Part shown: piece after piece, positions 40,594 through 50,678 of the stretch
Layout of the letters: each line of letters opens with the position of its first letter
Numbering within the stretch: the stretch's first letter is position 1
From: Desulfuromonadales bacterium
GTDB taxonomy: Bacteria > Desulfobacterota > Desulfuromonadia > Desulfuromonadales > SZUA-540
Direction of reading: 5' to 3'
Assembly: GCA_033549025.1 (NCBI GenBank)
Contig: JAWSUS010000005.1
Span: 1 to 64,000 of the forward strand
Length of the DNA stretch: 64,000 nucleotides
Position numbers and translations under genes: made by a program
The notes under the pieces: model-generated
Seen by the model: the letters and a program-made list of their open reading frames with translations, nothing else
Told to the model about the DNA's origin: nothing
The model's database searches: none

Positions 40594-42510
40594 ATGGACT
40601 TGATCAGGACTTTGCAGGATACGGAACCCTTCAGCCAACTTCCGGCTGAAATTCTGGCCGATTTTGAAGAGCAGGCCGTCATCCAGAAATTCCCTCCTCA
40701 CACTCATGTTTTTAACCAGCACGATCCCCCTACCGGCTACCTCTACCTGATCAGCACAGGCCTGGTGGAGATCGTCGCGCTGACACCCGGCGGAGTGGAG
40801 ATGGTCGTCGACTACCGCAAGGAGGGGCAGTTCTTCGGCGCTACCCCTATTTTTACTGGCGAGCGCTATACGGCCGGGGCCCGTACGGTCAAAGCGACGG
40901 AGTGCTACCTGCTGCCACAGGAGCTGCTGACCCGCGCCGCCAAGCACTGCCCCCAGATTACCGAGCATTTCACCCGCACGATCCTCTCCCGGGTACGCAG
41001 CCTCTATTCGGATATGGTCGAAGATCATACCCAAAAGGCGCTGACGCAGATGGAGGCCTACCCCTTCAAGAAGCGCCTCTCCGAGATCATGTCCTCGCCG
41101 GTGGTAACCTGTGCGCCGACGACCTCGGCGCGGGAGGTGGCCCGTTTGATGATCGAACGCGGCATCGGTTCGCTCATCGTTCGCGACGACCAGAAGGCCG
41201 CCGCAGGGATCATCACCGAGCACGACCTGGTACGCAAGGTCATGGCCCGGGAGGGCACCGATTGTGACACCCTGACCGCCGCCGAGGTGATGACCCCCAA
41301 TCCACACACCATGCCCGTAAATGCCTACATGTACGAGGCCACCAGTTTTCTCTTGGGGCATCGCATCAAGCACCTGCCGGTCATCGACCGCGGCGAGGTG
41401 GTGGGTATGGTGACCCTGCGCGACCTCATGAAGTACCGCAGCCAGAAGTCGATGATCCTGGTGGGCAGCGTCAAGGAGGCGCGATCCATCGATGAGCTGG
41501 TGACGGCCCGGGCCAGCGTGGTCAAGGTGGCCAAAGCCCTCATGGGGGAGGCGCGCTCCCATTTCGAGACCATGGAGATCCTCTCCTACATTCACCACTG
41601 CATCATGCGGCGCTGTTTCGATCTCATCCTCGAGGAGATGAAGCAGGAGGGGAAGACGCCGCCCCCCATCCGGTTCTGCCTCATTATCATGGGCAGCGGC
41701 GGCCGCAAGGAGATGCTTCTCAACCCGGACCAGGACAACGGCCTGCTCTACGAGGATTTCCCCGATTCGGAGCTGGAGCGGGTCGAAGCCTTCTTCCAGC
41801 CTTTTTCTGAGCGACTGGTTCAGGCTTTCGAACGCATTGGCTATCCCCTGTGCAACGGCAAGGTCATGGCCAACAACCCCTACTGGCGTGGCAGGCTCAA
41901 GGACTGGCAGGAGCGCATCAACCGCTGGATCACCGTGCCAGAGCCGAAACGGGTCATGTATTCCACCATCTTTCTCGACTTCATGCCTTTGGCCGGTGAC
42001 GCGACCCTCTGCCGGGATCTGCGCAGCATTCTGCATGACGCCTTGCGGCGCCACCCGATCTTCTTCTTCTACCTGCTGGAGAACGATCTGAACCTCAAAT
42101 CCCCTCTCGGCATGCTGGGGCGCTTCGTGGTGGAAAAGAGCGGCGAACACAAAGGTCTTATCTCGCTGAAACAGGCCGGTAGCGTCTTTATCGTCGATTG
42201 CGTGCGCATGTTTCTGCTGGAGAAGGGGGTAGACGCCACCACCACGGTGGAGCGGCTGGATGAGCTGGCCCGGCTGGGCGTGTTCAGTTACGAGACGGCC
42301 GAGCATCTCAAGGCGGCCTTCGAAGCCTTCACCTTTCTGCGCCTGCGCCACGAAATCGCCCTTATCGAGCAGGGAAAAACCCCTTCCCACTACATCGATC
42401 CCTACGCGCTCACCAAAAACGAGCAGGATATCCTGCGCGAGGCTCTGCGGGCCGCCGCCAAGCTGCAGGATTCCACCAAGCGCCACTTTGGGCGGGGCAT
42501 GCGCAGCTGA
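40594..42510 (+). CDS. cNMP-binding / CBS-pair / DUF294 nucleotidyltransferase-like protein
   Basis: cNMP-like N-terminus (GLVEI..GQFFG), two CBS repeats (GIITEHD; GMVTLRD), MGSGGRKE..DQDNG and CNGKVMANNP.W. Confidence 0.88.
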   Translation: MDLIRTLQDTEPFSQLPAEILADFEEQAVIQKFPPHTHVFNQHDPPTGYLYLISTGLVEIVALTPGGVEMVVDYRKEGQFFGATPIFTGERYTAGARTVKATECYLLPQELLTRAAKHCPQITEHFTRTILSRVRSLYSDMVEDHTQKALTQMEAYPFKKRLSEIMSSPVVTCAPTTSAREVARLMIERGIGSLIVRDDQKAAAGIITEHDLVRKVMAREGTDCDTLTAAEVMTPNPHTMPVNAYMYEATSFLLGHRIKHLPVIDRGEVVGMVTLRDLMKYRSQKSMILVGSVKEARSIDELVTARASVVKVAKALMGEARSHFETMEILSYIHHCIMRRCFDLILEEMKQEGKTPPPIRFCLIIMGSGGRKEMLLNPDQDNGLLYEDFPDSELERVEAFFQPFSERLVQAFERIGYPLCNGKVMANNPYWRGRLKDWQERINRWITVPEPKRVMYSTIFLDFMPLAGDATLCRDLRSILHDALRRHPIFFFYLLENDLNLKSPLGMLGRFVVEKSGEHKGLISLKQAGSVFIVDCVRMFLLEKGVDATTTVERLDELARLGVFSYETAEHLKAAFEAFTFLRLRHEIALIEQGKTPSHYIDPYALTKNEQDILREALRAAAKLQDSTKRHFGRGMRS

Positions 42511-42611
42511 CCTGCAGATCCAGCCGGTTTTATCCTTTCCCCTTGCGCCGTCGTCCGGCGGTCACTATATTACCTCTTCACTCACTTTCGCCTGCTTTCA
42601 CGGGAGGTCCT

Positions 42612-43022
42612 ATGCAGATGATAAAAGTATTGTTGTTGATTTTGTTCGCCCTGTTGCCGGCCTGCACCGACAGTGAGCCGAAAACGGAGACGGCGCCGCC
42701 GGCGGTGGCGGCTTCCGGGCAGGCGGCTGAACAGGCCGCGGGTCCTTTTCTGGTCTTTTTTCTCGACCCCAACGGCGGACCCTGTCGCATGCAGAATGAC
42801 ATCCTGAACCGGATGGCGGATGAGCTGGATGGCAAGGCCGAACTTCGCTATGTGCAGACGACGGTGCCGACGGACCTCAACTATTTCTATGCCTACGGTA
42901 TTCGCGGCCTGCCGGCGCTGGTGCTGGTCGATGGCGAGGGGCGCGAAATCAAGCGTCTTCCCCCCGGCGTGCGCAGCGCCGAGGAGATCCGTCAACTGCT
43001 GAAAAGCGCCGCGAACCCGTGA
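42612..43022 (+). CDS. Thioredoxin-fold lipoprotein with a single active-site Cys (GGPC)
   Basis: Lipobox LLPAC; LVFFLDPNGGPC; YGIRGLPALVLVD.EG cis-Pro loop. Confidence 0.78.
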   Translation: MQMIKVLLLILFALLPACTDSEPKTETAPPAVAASGQAAEQAAGPFLVFFLDPNGGPCRMQNDILNRMADELDGKAELRYVQTTVPTDLNYFYAYGIRGLPALVLVDGEGREIKRLPPGVRSAEEIRQLLKSAANP

Positions 43023-43026
43023 GGTC

Positions 43027-43692
43027 ATGATGCCTCTTGATTTATCGCTGTCATCGCTGTTCATGGCTCTGGCCGCCGGTTTTGCCAGCCTGGCTTCCCC
43101 CTGCGTGCTGCCCGTTGTGCCTATCATCGTCACCGGTACGCCCCAGGACCACCGGCTGCGCCCCGTCCTCATCGTTCTCGGGCTGAGTGTCAGCTTTATT
43201 GCCATGGGGGCGGTGAGCTCCCTCTTTGGCGGCGCCGTGGCCGGTTTCATGCCGACGCTGGAAAAGGTGGCGGGGGTGGTGGTCATCTTCTTCGGCGTCC
43301 TCATGCTCTTCGATGTCAATCTCTTCAAGCGACTCACCTTCTTTGCGCGCCTGCCGGCGTCCGGGTCGGGGCGCTGGTCGGGGCTGATCCTCGGACTGAC
43401 GCTGGGACTGGTGTGGATCCCCTGTGTCGGCCCCGTGCTGTCGGGGCTGCTGGCCCTGGTCGCCACGGACGGCCGCCTTTCCGTCGGGCTCCTGCTGCTG
43501 GCCGTCTACTCCCTCGGCTTCGCCATCCCCATGCTGCTGGCCGCCTACGCCAGCCAGTCCGTACGCCAGAAAATACGCGCCGTCAACCGTCACCCTCTGG
43601 CCGTGCGTATGGTCAGCGGCCTGCTGCTCATCGCTTTCGGGGTCTACATCCTGAAGGCGGGGATGCTGAGCATCGGCTTTACCACGGCATGA
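43027..43692 (+). CDS. ccdA: CcdA / DsbD-like transmembrane electron transporter
   Basis: SPCVLP and WIPCVGP Cys motifs; YSLGFAIP. Confidence 0.88.
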   Translation: MMPLDLSLSSLFMALAAGFASLASPCVLPVVPIIVTGTPQDHRLRPVLIVLGLSVSFIAMGAVSSLFGGAVAGFMPTLEKVAGVVVIFFGVLMLFDVNLFKRLTFFARLPASGSGRWSGLILGLTLGLVWIPCVGPVLSGLLALVATDGRLSVGLLLLAVYSLGFAIPMLLAAYASQSVRQKIRAVNRHPLAVRMVSGLLLIAFGVYILKAGMLSIGFTTA

Positions 43693-43723
43693 ACGGCACC
43701 CTGAGGTGCTGCCAGGATACCCC

Positions 43724-45625
43724 ATGAACGTCATCGACATAACCGATCTGCACAAAAGCTATGGTGCCCGCACCGTCCTCGCCGGCATCGGCCTTACCCT
43801 CGGGGAGGAGGAGAAGGTCGGCGTCATCGGCCGTAACGGCTGCGGCAAGTCGACGCTGCTGCGCATCATCGCCGGGCTGGAATCGACCGATGCGGGGCGG
43901 GTCATCCGCAAGCGCGACCTGACCGCCGTCTATCTGCCGCAGGAGCCCGAACTCGATCCCGCTCTGAGCATCCGCCAGACCCTCGACGCCGCCCTCGGCG
44001 AAGCGCGCCGGCGCCTCTCCCGTTTTCAGGCCATCTCCGACGAACTGCACACCGCCCAGGGGCAAGCCGCCGAGCGTCTGCTGCACGAACAGCACGAAGT
44101 CCAGAGCTGGCTCGACCTGCACGGGGCCTGGAATCTCGATCACAAGGTGGCTGACCTGTGCGGCCAGCTCGGTCTGGCCGATCCGCAGCAGCGGGTGGGG
44201 GAACTCTCCGGTGGCGGCGTCAAGCGGGTCGCCCTGGCGGCGGCGCTGCTGCGTGAGCCCGAACTGCTGCTGCTCGACGAGCCTACCAACCATCTGGACG
44301 CCGACACCGTCGCCTGGCTGGAAACGGCTCTGCGCACCTTCGCCGGCGCGGTGATGCTCGTCACCCATGACCGCTATTTCCTCGACCGCGTCGTCAACCG
44401 CATGTTCGAAATCGACCAGGGCGGGCTGACCGCCTTCACCGGCGGGTACAGCGCCTATCTGGAGCAGAAGCAGGAGCTGCTGCTGCGCGAGGAACGCTCG
44501 CAGGACCGCCTGCTCAATCTGCTGCGACGGGAAGAAGCCTGGCTGCGGCGCGGGGCTAAGGCCCGTACCACTAAGCAGAAGGCGCGCATCGACCGGGTCG
44601 AACAGCTGCAGGGGCAGAAAAAGACCGGTTCCGGCCGGGAGATGAAGCTCGAGCTGGAGATGGGGCAGCGCCTCGGCGGCACCATCCTCGAACTGGCCGG
44701 ACTGTCGGTCGAGATGGGCGGCCGCCCCCTCATCCGCGACCTCGACCTCATTATGCGCAAGGGGGAGCGCATCGGCATCCTCGGTCCCAATGGCTGCGGC
44801 AAGACCACCCTGCTGCGCACCGTGCTCGGCGAACTGTCGCCGGCCGCCGGCACCGTTGTTCTCGGCAAGAACACGCGGATCGGCTATCTCGACCAGGCCC
44901 GCAGCGGTCTCGACCCGGAGCAGTTCGTGCACGAGGCGGTGGGGGAGGGGGACTGGGTCACGGTCGCCGGTCACAAGCGCCACAAAATCGGCTATCTGGA
45001 GGATTTTCTTTTTTCCCGCGATGAGCAGCGCAAACGCATCTCCACCCTTTCCGGCGGCGAGAGGGCCCGGCTGCTGCTGGCCAAACTCATGCTCGAGGAA
45101 GCCAACCTCATCATCCTCGACGAGCCGACCAACGACCTCGACATTCCCACCATGCAGGTGCTCGAAGAGGCCTTCAACGCGTATCCCGGCTGCGTGCTGG
45201 TCGTCACCCACGATCGCTGGTTTCTCGACCGCATCGCCACCGGCATCCTCCATTTTGAGCCGGGTGGTCGCGTGCAATTCTCGGAGGGGAACTACGAGGA
45301 TTTCTGCCGGCTGCAGGCCCTGCAGGCCGAGGAGGCAGCGGCGGTGAAAGCGCCCCCCAAGGCCAAAGAGGCGGAAGTCCGGGTGCGCAAGCGGGCCGGG
45401 CTCAGCTACAAGGAACAGCGGGAGCTCGAAGCGGTAGAGGCGGAAATCGCCGAACAGGAAGCCGAAATGGCCGAACTGGAGGCGATGCTCTCCGACCCCG
45501 CCCGCCTGGGCGGCGATAGCGGCCGTCTTGAAGAAACGGCTCGCCAGTTTGCCGTGGCTGAAAGTCGGCTGGAGGAATTGATGGCCCGCTGGGAAGAACT
45601 GGAAGTTAAAAAAGCCGGAGACTGA
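43724..45625 (+). CDS. uup: ABC-F family ATPase (Uup-like)
   Basis: Two ABC domains (GRNGCGKST, GPNGCGKTT), WLRRGAKARTTKQKAR linker and C-terminal LSYKEQREL coiled coil. Confidence 0.9.
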   Translation: MNVIDITDLHKSYGARTVLAGIGLTLGEEEKVGVIGRNGCGKSTLLRIIAGLESTDAGRVIRKRDLTAVYLPQEPELDPALSIRQTLDAALGEARRRLSRFQAISDELHTAQGQAAERLLHEQHEVQSWLDLHGAWNLDHKVADLCGQLGLADPQQRVGELSGGGVKRVALAAALLREPELLLLDEPTNHLDADTVAWLETALRTFAGAVMLVTHDRYFLDRVVNRMFEIDQGGLTAFTGGYSAYLEQKQELLLREERSQDRLLNLLRREEAWLRRGAKARTTKQKARIDRVEQLQGQKKTGSGREMKLELEMGQRLGGTILELAGLSVEMGGRPLIRDLDLIMRKGERIGILGPNGCGKTTLLRTVLGELSPAAGTVVLGKNTRIGYLDQARSGLDPEQFVHEAVGEGDWVTVAGHKRHKIGYLEDFLFSRDEQRKRISTLSGGERARLLLAKLMLEEANLIILDEPTNDLDIPTMQVLEEAFNAYPGCVLVVTHDRWFLDRIATGILHFEPGGRVQFSEGNYEDFCRLQALQAEEAAAVKAPPKAKEAEVRVRKRAGLSYKEQRELEAVEAEIAEQEAEMAELEAMLSDPARLGGDSGRLEETARQFAVAESRLEELMARWEELEVKKAGD

Positions 45626-45628
45626 GGC

Positions 45629-46780
45629 TCACACCCGGTTCTGGCGCAGTTCTGCCAGCGAGTAGAAAGTGCCCCGCCAGGTGATGCCGCCCTGCAGCAG
45701 GTTGAGGGAGACGGAGCGCAGCAGGATGTAGGTGAAGAGGGCGGCGGCCAGGGGGTAGCCGGCGGCGTACCAGCGCCTGTAGCCGTGAAAGCGGGCGCCG
45801 TCGATCAGGCTGAAGGTCAGCACCGCGACGATGACCGCGTAGAGCAGGCGGGTCGTTCCTGTCGTCAGCAGAAGGGCGGCGTAGGGCCAGACGCTGACGG
45901 CCAGGTGAAAAAGGGCCCCGGCGATAATCAGTGACAGACGGTAGTCGGTGCCGGCAAAGACGTTCTTCTCCAGCCCGCGGATCACCTCGCCGACGCTGGC
46001 GTACCATTCGACGCTGATGAGGCCGGTGCCATAAGCGATATCCTGTGAAAACCCCCCTTTTTTGATAATCTTGCCCAGCTTGAGGTCGTCGTCCGGGCGC
46101 AGGGCGATGGTGCGGTGGCCGCCAACCTCCCGGTAGACCGTCGTGCGCACCAGGTTGAAGGCGCCGATGCCGATGTGGCAGCGGCTTTTGGGGTCGCGGG
46201 CTTTCCAGGGGCGCACGTACATGCCGAAGATTAAACCAAAAGTGGCGCCGAAAATATTGAGGAAATGGGTGGGCATGTGAGGCACCGGGGTGGCGGCCAG
46301 ATGATCGAGGTTTTCACCCTCAAGGAGGGCGACGGCGCGTGCCAGGGCGCTCGGTTCCATGACCACGTCGGCGTCGGTGAAGAGGATCAACTCGCCGCCG
46401 GCCAGTGCACTGCCGCACCAGAGGGCGTGATTCTTGCCGAGCCAGCCGGCCGGCAGTTCGTCGATGGTGAGCAGGCGCAGGCGCTTCTCGTTGGCGCTGA
46501 GCTCCTGCAGAATGGCGCCGGTGGCGTCTTCTGAGCGGTCGTTGACCACGATTACTTCGTAGTCAGGGTAATCAAGCTGCAGGATTGACTGCAGGGCCTG
46601 GCGAAGGTGGCGCTGTTCGTTGCGGGCGGCAATGACCACCGAGACCTTGGGCGGGTTAACGGACAGCGCCGGTGTCACCTCGCGCAGAAAAGTCAGCCGG
46701 CGGCTGCCGGCATAGGCGATTACCGCCGCCGGGGTGATGATGAGCAGGGTGACGAGCCCCAGCCAGAAGAGAAAATTCAT
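45629..46780 (-). CDS. Family 2 glycosyltransferase (membrane-bound)
   Basis: VSVVIAARNE, VNDRSED, GWLGKNHAL, FTDAD and DDDL. Confidence 0.88.
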   Translation of the reverse strand: MNFLFWLGLVTLLIITPAAVIAYAGSRRLTFLREVTPALSVNPPKVSVVIAARNEQRHLRQALQSILQLDYPDYEVIVVNDRSEDATGAILQELSANEKRLRLLTIDELPAGWLGKNHALWCGSALAGGELILFTDADVVMEPSALARAVALLEGENLDHLAATPVPHMPTHFLNIFGATFGLIFGMYVRPWKARDPKSRCHIGIGAFNLVRTTVYREVGGHRTIALRPDDDLKLGKIIKKGGFSQDIAYGTGLISVEWYASVGEVIRGLEKNVFAGTDYRLSLIIAGALFHLAVSVWPYAALLLTTGTTRLLYAVIVAVLTFSLIDGARFHGYRRWYAAGYPLAAALFTYILLRSVSLNLLQGGITWRGTFYSLAELRQNRV

Positions 46781-46855
46781 ATCTACTCCATGGATGCTTC
46801 TGTTACTTTCCTGTCTCCACGGTAGTGCAACGGGCGGCAAAAAGGTAGGGAGAAA

Positions 46856-47590
46856 ATGACGTCGTTAGACGAAAAGATGGCCCGGTGGCCGGCGCTGAAA
46901 GAGGCTGTTGGCGAAGACCATAATCGGCTGGAGCGGGATATCGCCACCTGGTGCGAGGATTATGGCGAGCGCGGTGGGAAGATTCACTGTGGCAGGGGGT
47001 GCCGCAACTGCTGCACGCTTCACGTCGACGTGTCGCTGACCGAAGCCCTGCTGGTCAGCGATGCGCTCAGCGCCGAGCAGGCGGCGGCGGTGGCGTCCAC
47101 CGTGGAGCGAATGACGACGGAACTCGCCGGGGTCGACGATTTCAAAACTTTCCTGCGCCACTATCGGCAACGGGTCGGCGCCTGTCCCTTTCTCGGCGCG
47201 GACGGGGCCTGCACGGTATACGCCGTGCGTCCCTTCGCCTGTCGGGCCCTCCTTTCCACCCGCCCCGCCGACTGGTGCGCCGTCGACTTCGCCGAGCTGA
47301 CGCCGCTGGAACGCACTCTCTTTATGGACAGCCTTGACCGTGCCGTGGTGGCTTTTCCCACCCACTACGTGGAGGCCACTCAGGAACAGGCCCGGGTGCT
47401 GGAAACCACCGCCATTCTGGCCATGCGTGAGACTTTTGGTGTGGCCGTCAGCGGCAATCTGCCCTATCTTGTTCATCTGCAGCGCCAACACGGCCTAGGT
47501 GAGGCGCTGGCGCAGGGGGAGGCCGCGGTACGGGAGCTTCTGCACCGTGACGGCATCGACTCGCCTTTTCTCGTTCATCTCCATCTCTGA
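46856..47590 (+). CDS. YkgJ-family (CxxxCxxCC) cysteine-cluster protein
   Basis: CGRGCRNCC, CPFL and CTVYAVRPFACR. Confidence 0.85.
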   Translation: MTSLDEKMARWPALKEAVGEDHNRLERDIATWCEDYGERGGKIHCGRGCRNCCTLHVDVSLTEALLVSDALSAEQAAAVASTVERMTTELAGVDDFKTFLRHYRQRVGACPFLGADGACTVYAVRPFACRALLSTRPADWCAVDFAELTPLERTLFMDSLDRAVVAFPTHYVEATQEQARVLETTAILAMRETFGVAVSGNLPYLVHLQRQHGLGEALAQGEAAVRELLHRDGIDSPFLVHLHL

Positions 47591-47601
47591 ACCCTCAGAC
47601 A

Positions 47602-47638
47602 CACGAAGGGGCGGCCCTTTCGGTGCCGCCCCTTCGTG
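47602..47638. terminator. Hairpin between convergent genes
   Basis: CACGAAGGGGCGGC-loop-GCCGCCCCTTCGTG. Confidence 0.65.
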
Positions 47639-47665
47639 CTCATGCCTGTCGCGCTTGCCTGTCCG

Positions 47666-48556
47666 TTACTTCAGCCACTCGGCTACTTTTTCCGGATTTT
47701 CATTGATCCAGCGCTTGGCGTTTTCATATGGGTCAGCACCCTCTTCCTCATTCCAGACCATGACCGCGGCCATGTCTTCGGGAGACCAGTTGAATTTATC
47801 CAGGAAAGCATAGACCTCGGGCTGTTCTTCCTGCAGACCCTTGCGCACGATGGTGTGGATGACCTCTTCGCCACCGAAGACGTTTTTAGGGTCTTTCAGA
47901 TATTTGAGGTCCCAGGCCGCGAACTTCCAGTGCGGTGTCCAGCCAGTGACAACGACCCACTGCTCGTTCTTGATGGCGTCGGCCAAAGCCGCGGTCATGG
48001 TGGCGCCGCTCCCTTCGATGAGTTTGAAGTTGTCCAGCCCGTATTCAGTAAGGGCGAGCTCCGTTTTGGACATGAGGCCGGCCCCCGGGTCGATGCCGAT
48101 GATGCGGCCATCGAACTTTTCGGCATTGGCGTTGAGCTCTTCCAGCGAGTCGATGGTCACGTAGGCCGGCACGACCAGGCCGATGCGAGTGCCGACCAGA
48201 TTGGGCCCGAGGTCGACGAGCTTGTCCTTGAGCTCATCGAGGTAGTGGCCATGGGTGGTCGGCAGCCAGGCTGCGACCATGCCGTCGGCGTCGTTGGAGG
48301 CGATGGACTGCCACATGGCAGCAGCGCTGACCGGAATAGTTTTGACCTGGTAGCCCATCTTCTCTTGCAGAACAGCCTTGACCACGTTGGTGCTGGCCAC
48401 TTCCGAAGACCACTCGACGTAAGCCAGTTCAACGGTCTTTTTGGTCGGTGAGTCCTCTTTGGAGGTGGTGTCAGTTTCCTGTTTGGTGCAGGCGAAAAGC
48501 CCGATACTCAACAGGGCCAGCAGAATGACAGGAATACGAATCATGCGTGATGTCAT
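47666..48556 (-). CDS. proX: Glycine betaine ABC transporter substrate-binding lipoprotein
   Basis: Lipobox LFAC, AWLPTTH, GIDPGAG and GWTPHWKF. Confidence 0.9.
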   Translation of the reverse strand: MTSRMIRIPVILLALLSIGLFACTKQETDTTSKEDSPTKKTVELAYVEWSSEVASTNVVKAVLQEKMGYQVKTIPVSAAAMWQSIASNDADGMVAAWLPTTHGHYLDELKDKLVDLGPNLVGTRIGLVVPAYVTIDSLEELNANAEKFDGRIIGIDPGAGLMSKTELALTEYGLDNFKLIEGSGATMTAALADAIKNEQWVVVTGWTPHWKFAAWDLKYLKDPKNVFGGEEVIHTIVRKGLQEEQPEVYAFLDKFNWSPEDMAAVMVWNEEEGADPYENAKRWINENPEKVAEWLK

Positions 48557-48575
48557 TTTTATCTCCTTGTTCGTG

Positions 48576-49421
48576 TTAAAGGTTGACGGATTTACGGGTG
48601 GTTATTTTCTGGGTAATACGGTCGAGGATGATGGCGACGATAACCACACCCAGGCCGGCCTCAAAACCCATCCCCGGCTTCAGACGCTGAATCGCCTTCC
48701 AGACTTCCCCACCCAGACCGCCGGCGCCGATCATGGCAGCGATGACGACCATGGACAGGGACAGCATGATGGTCTGGTTGACGCCAGCCATGATGGTCGG
48801 CGTCGCCAGCGGCAGCTGCAGCTTGAATAGCTTCTGACGGCGGGTCGAGCCGAAGGCGTCTGCCGCTTCGATGAGCTCTTCCGGCACCTGCCGGATGCCG
48901 AGGCAGGTCAGGCGGATGGCCGGTGGCATAGCGAAGATGACGGTGGAGAAAATGGCGGAAACAGGCCCCAGGCCGAAAAAGGGAATGGCCGGGATCAGAT
49001 AGACGAAAGCCGGCATGGTCTGCATGAAATCGAGCACGGGCATGGTGACCCGGTTCACCCTGTTGAAAAGAGCGGCCATGATGCCAATGGGAATACCTAT
49101 GGCAACGGCTACGAGGGTGGCGATGAGGACCAGGGCGATAGTGGAAACCGTTGGCTCCCACAAACCCAGGTTCCAGATAAAGAGCAACCCGGCGAGGGCG
49201 AAAATGGCAATGCGCCGTCCACTCAGCCACAGGGCAATGCCGGCGAAGATGAGGATGAGCAGCCAGGGGGGCAAAAAGAGCATGCCCTCGACCAGGGCGT
49301 CGATGCCCGTCTCGGTGAAGCGGGAAAGACCTTTGGTGATAAAGGCGAAATGATGGGTAAAAAAATCGATAAGGGCTTCAATGCCTTTTCCCAGGGGAAA
49401 CTTCGGCAGGGGCATATCCAT
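48576..49421 (-). CDS. proW: Glycine betaine ABC transporter permease
   Basis: LDFMQTMPAFVYLIP, EAA..FG and GVNQTIMLSLSMVV. Confidence 0.92.
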   Translation of the reverse strand: MDMPLPKFPLGKGIEALIDFFTHHFAFITKGLSRFTETGIDALVEGMLFLPPWLLILIFAGIALWLSGRRIAIFALAGLLFIWNLGLWEPTVSTIALVLIATLVAVAIGIPIGIMAALFNRVNRVTMPVLDFMQTMPAFVYLIPAIPFFGLGPVSAIFSTVIFAMPPAIRLTCLGIRQVPEELIEAADAFGSTRRQKLFKLQLPLATPTIMAGVNQTIMLSLSMVVIAAMIGAGGLGGEVWKAIQRLKPGMGFEAGLGVVIVAIILDRITQKITTRKSVNL

Positions 49422-50602
49422 CAGCTGAGCCTCCTTTCTGCCATGGCGGCCAGCAGGGCGCCGCGGACGATGATGCCTTTGAGTTTCTTGTCCTCATCGA
49501 CGACGGCGACGGGAAAGTTTTCGAAAGCGAAGAGTTCCTGCAGGCTGGCGCCAGGGTGAACCTGGGGTACGTCGCGGACAATGGCCGTTTCGATGCTCGG
49601 TTCGTTGTTCTTGGCCAGCTTCGAGGCGTCGTCCGCCGAGAGGATGCCAAGCAGACGGCGCTCCTTGTCCACCACCAGGATGCCGGAGAGACCGACTTCC
49701 TTCATCTTGTGCAGGGCGGTTTTGGGGCCATCCTTGGGGAAGGTGACGGCGGTGGCCTTGTGCATGACCGATTCGGCTGTGAGAATTTTGGAGACGTCGA
49801 CGTCTTCGATAAACTTTTCGACATAGTCATCGGCGGGGTTGGTGAGAATCTCTTCCGGTGTACCGGCCTGCACGACGGCGCCGTCGCGCATGATGATGAT
49901 CTTGTCGCCGAGTTTGAGAGCCTCGTCGAGATCGTGGGTGATAAAGACGATGGTTTTGTTGACCCGGCTCTGCAGAGCCAGTAGTTCGTCCTGCATTTCA
50001 CGGCGAATGAGGGGATCGAGGGCGCTGAAAGCCTCGTCCATCAGCAGAATGTCGGGGTCGAGGGCCAGGGCCCGGGCCAGACCGACGCGCTGCTGCATGC
50101 CGCCGCTGAGTTGAGCGGGATAGGAATCCTCCCAGCCTTTGAGGCCCACCAGTTCGAGAGCCTCCTGCGCTTTGGCCTGCCTTTCGTCAAGAGCGATGCC
50201 CTGAATCTCCAGGCCATACTCGGCATTCTGCAGGACGGTGCGATGGGGGAAGAGAGCAAAGCGCTGGAAGACCATGCCGAATTTCTTCAGGCGTGTCTGG
50301 CGTAGGGCCTCTTCCGACAGGGTCGTAATATCGGTGCCATCGATAAAGACTTTGCCGCCCGTCGGTTCGATGAGGCGGTTGAGGCAGCGGATGAGGGTCG
50401 ACTTGCCGCTGCCGGAAAGTCCCATGACCACCAGGAATTCGCCTTCGTTGATGTCGAAGGAGACCTGGTTAATGCCTACCGCCAGTTTGTGGCGCCGCAG
50501 CAGTTCTTCCTTGCCCATGCCGTCCTGCAGCATTTTGATCCCGGCACGGGGGGCCTTGCCGAAAACCTTGTAAAGATTTTCGACCTTGATCTTTGGTGTC
50601 AT
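49421..50602 (-). CDS. proV: Glycine betaine ABC transporter ATPase with CBS domains
   Basis: GLSGSGKS, LSGGMQQRVGLARAL, DEAFSALDPLIR and a C-terminal CBS pair. Start at 50602. Confidence 0.93.
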   Translation of the reverse strand: MTPKIKVENLYKVFGKAPRAGIKMLQDGMGKEELLRRHKLAVGINQVSFDINEGEFLVVMGLSGSGKSTLIRCLNRLIEPTGGKVFIDGTDITTLSEEALRQTRLKKFGMVFQRFALFPHRTVLQNAEYGLEIQGIALDERQAKAQEALELVGLKGWEDSYPAQLSGGMQQRVGLARALALDPDILLMDEAFSALDPLIRREMQDELLALQSRVNKTIVFITHDLDEALKLGDKIIIMRDGAVVQAGTPEEILTNPADDYVEKFIEDVDVSKILTAESVMHKATAVTFPKDGPKTALHKMKEVGLSGILVVDKERRLLGILSADDASKLAKNNEPSIETAIVRDVPQVHPGASLQELFAFENFPVAVVDEDKKLKGIIVRGALLAAMAERRLS

Positions 50603-50678
50603 AGCGTTCCTGTCTTTTGGTGTAAGGACAATAGAGGTGTCCGTTTTCGCACCGGAGCGCGAAAAACGGACGAGGTTG

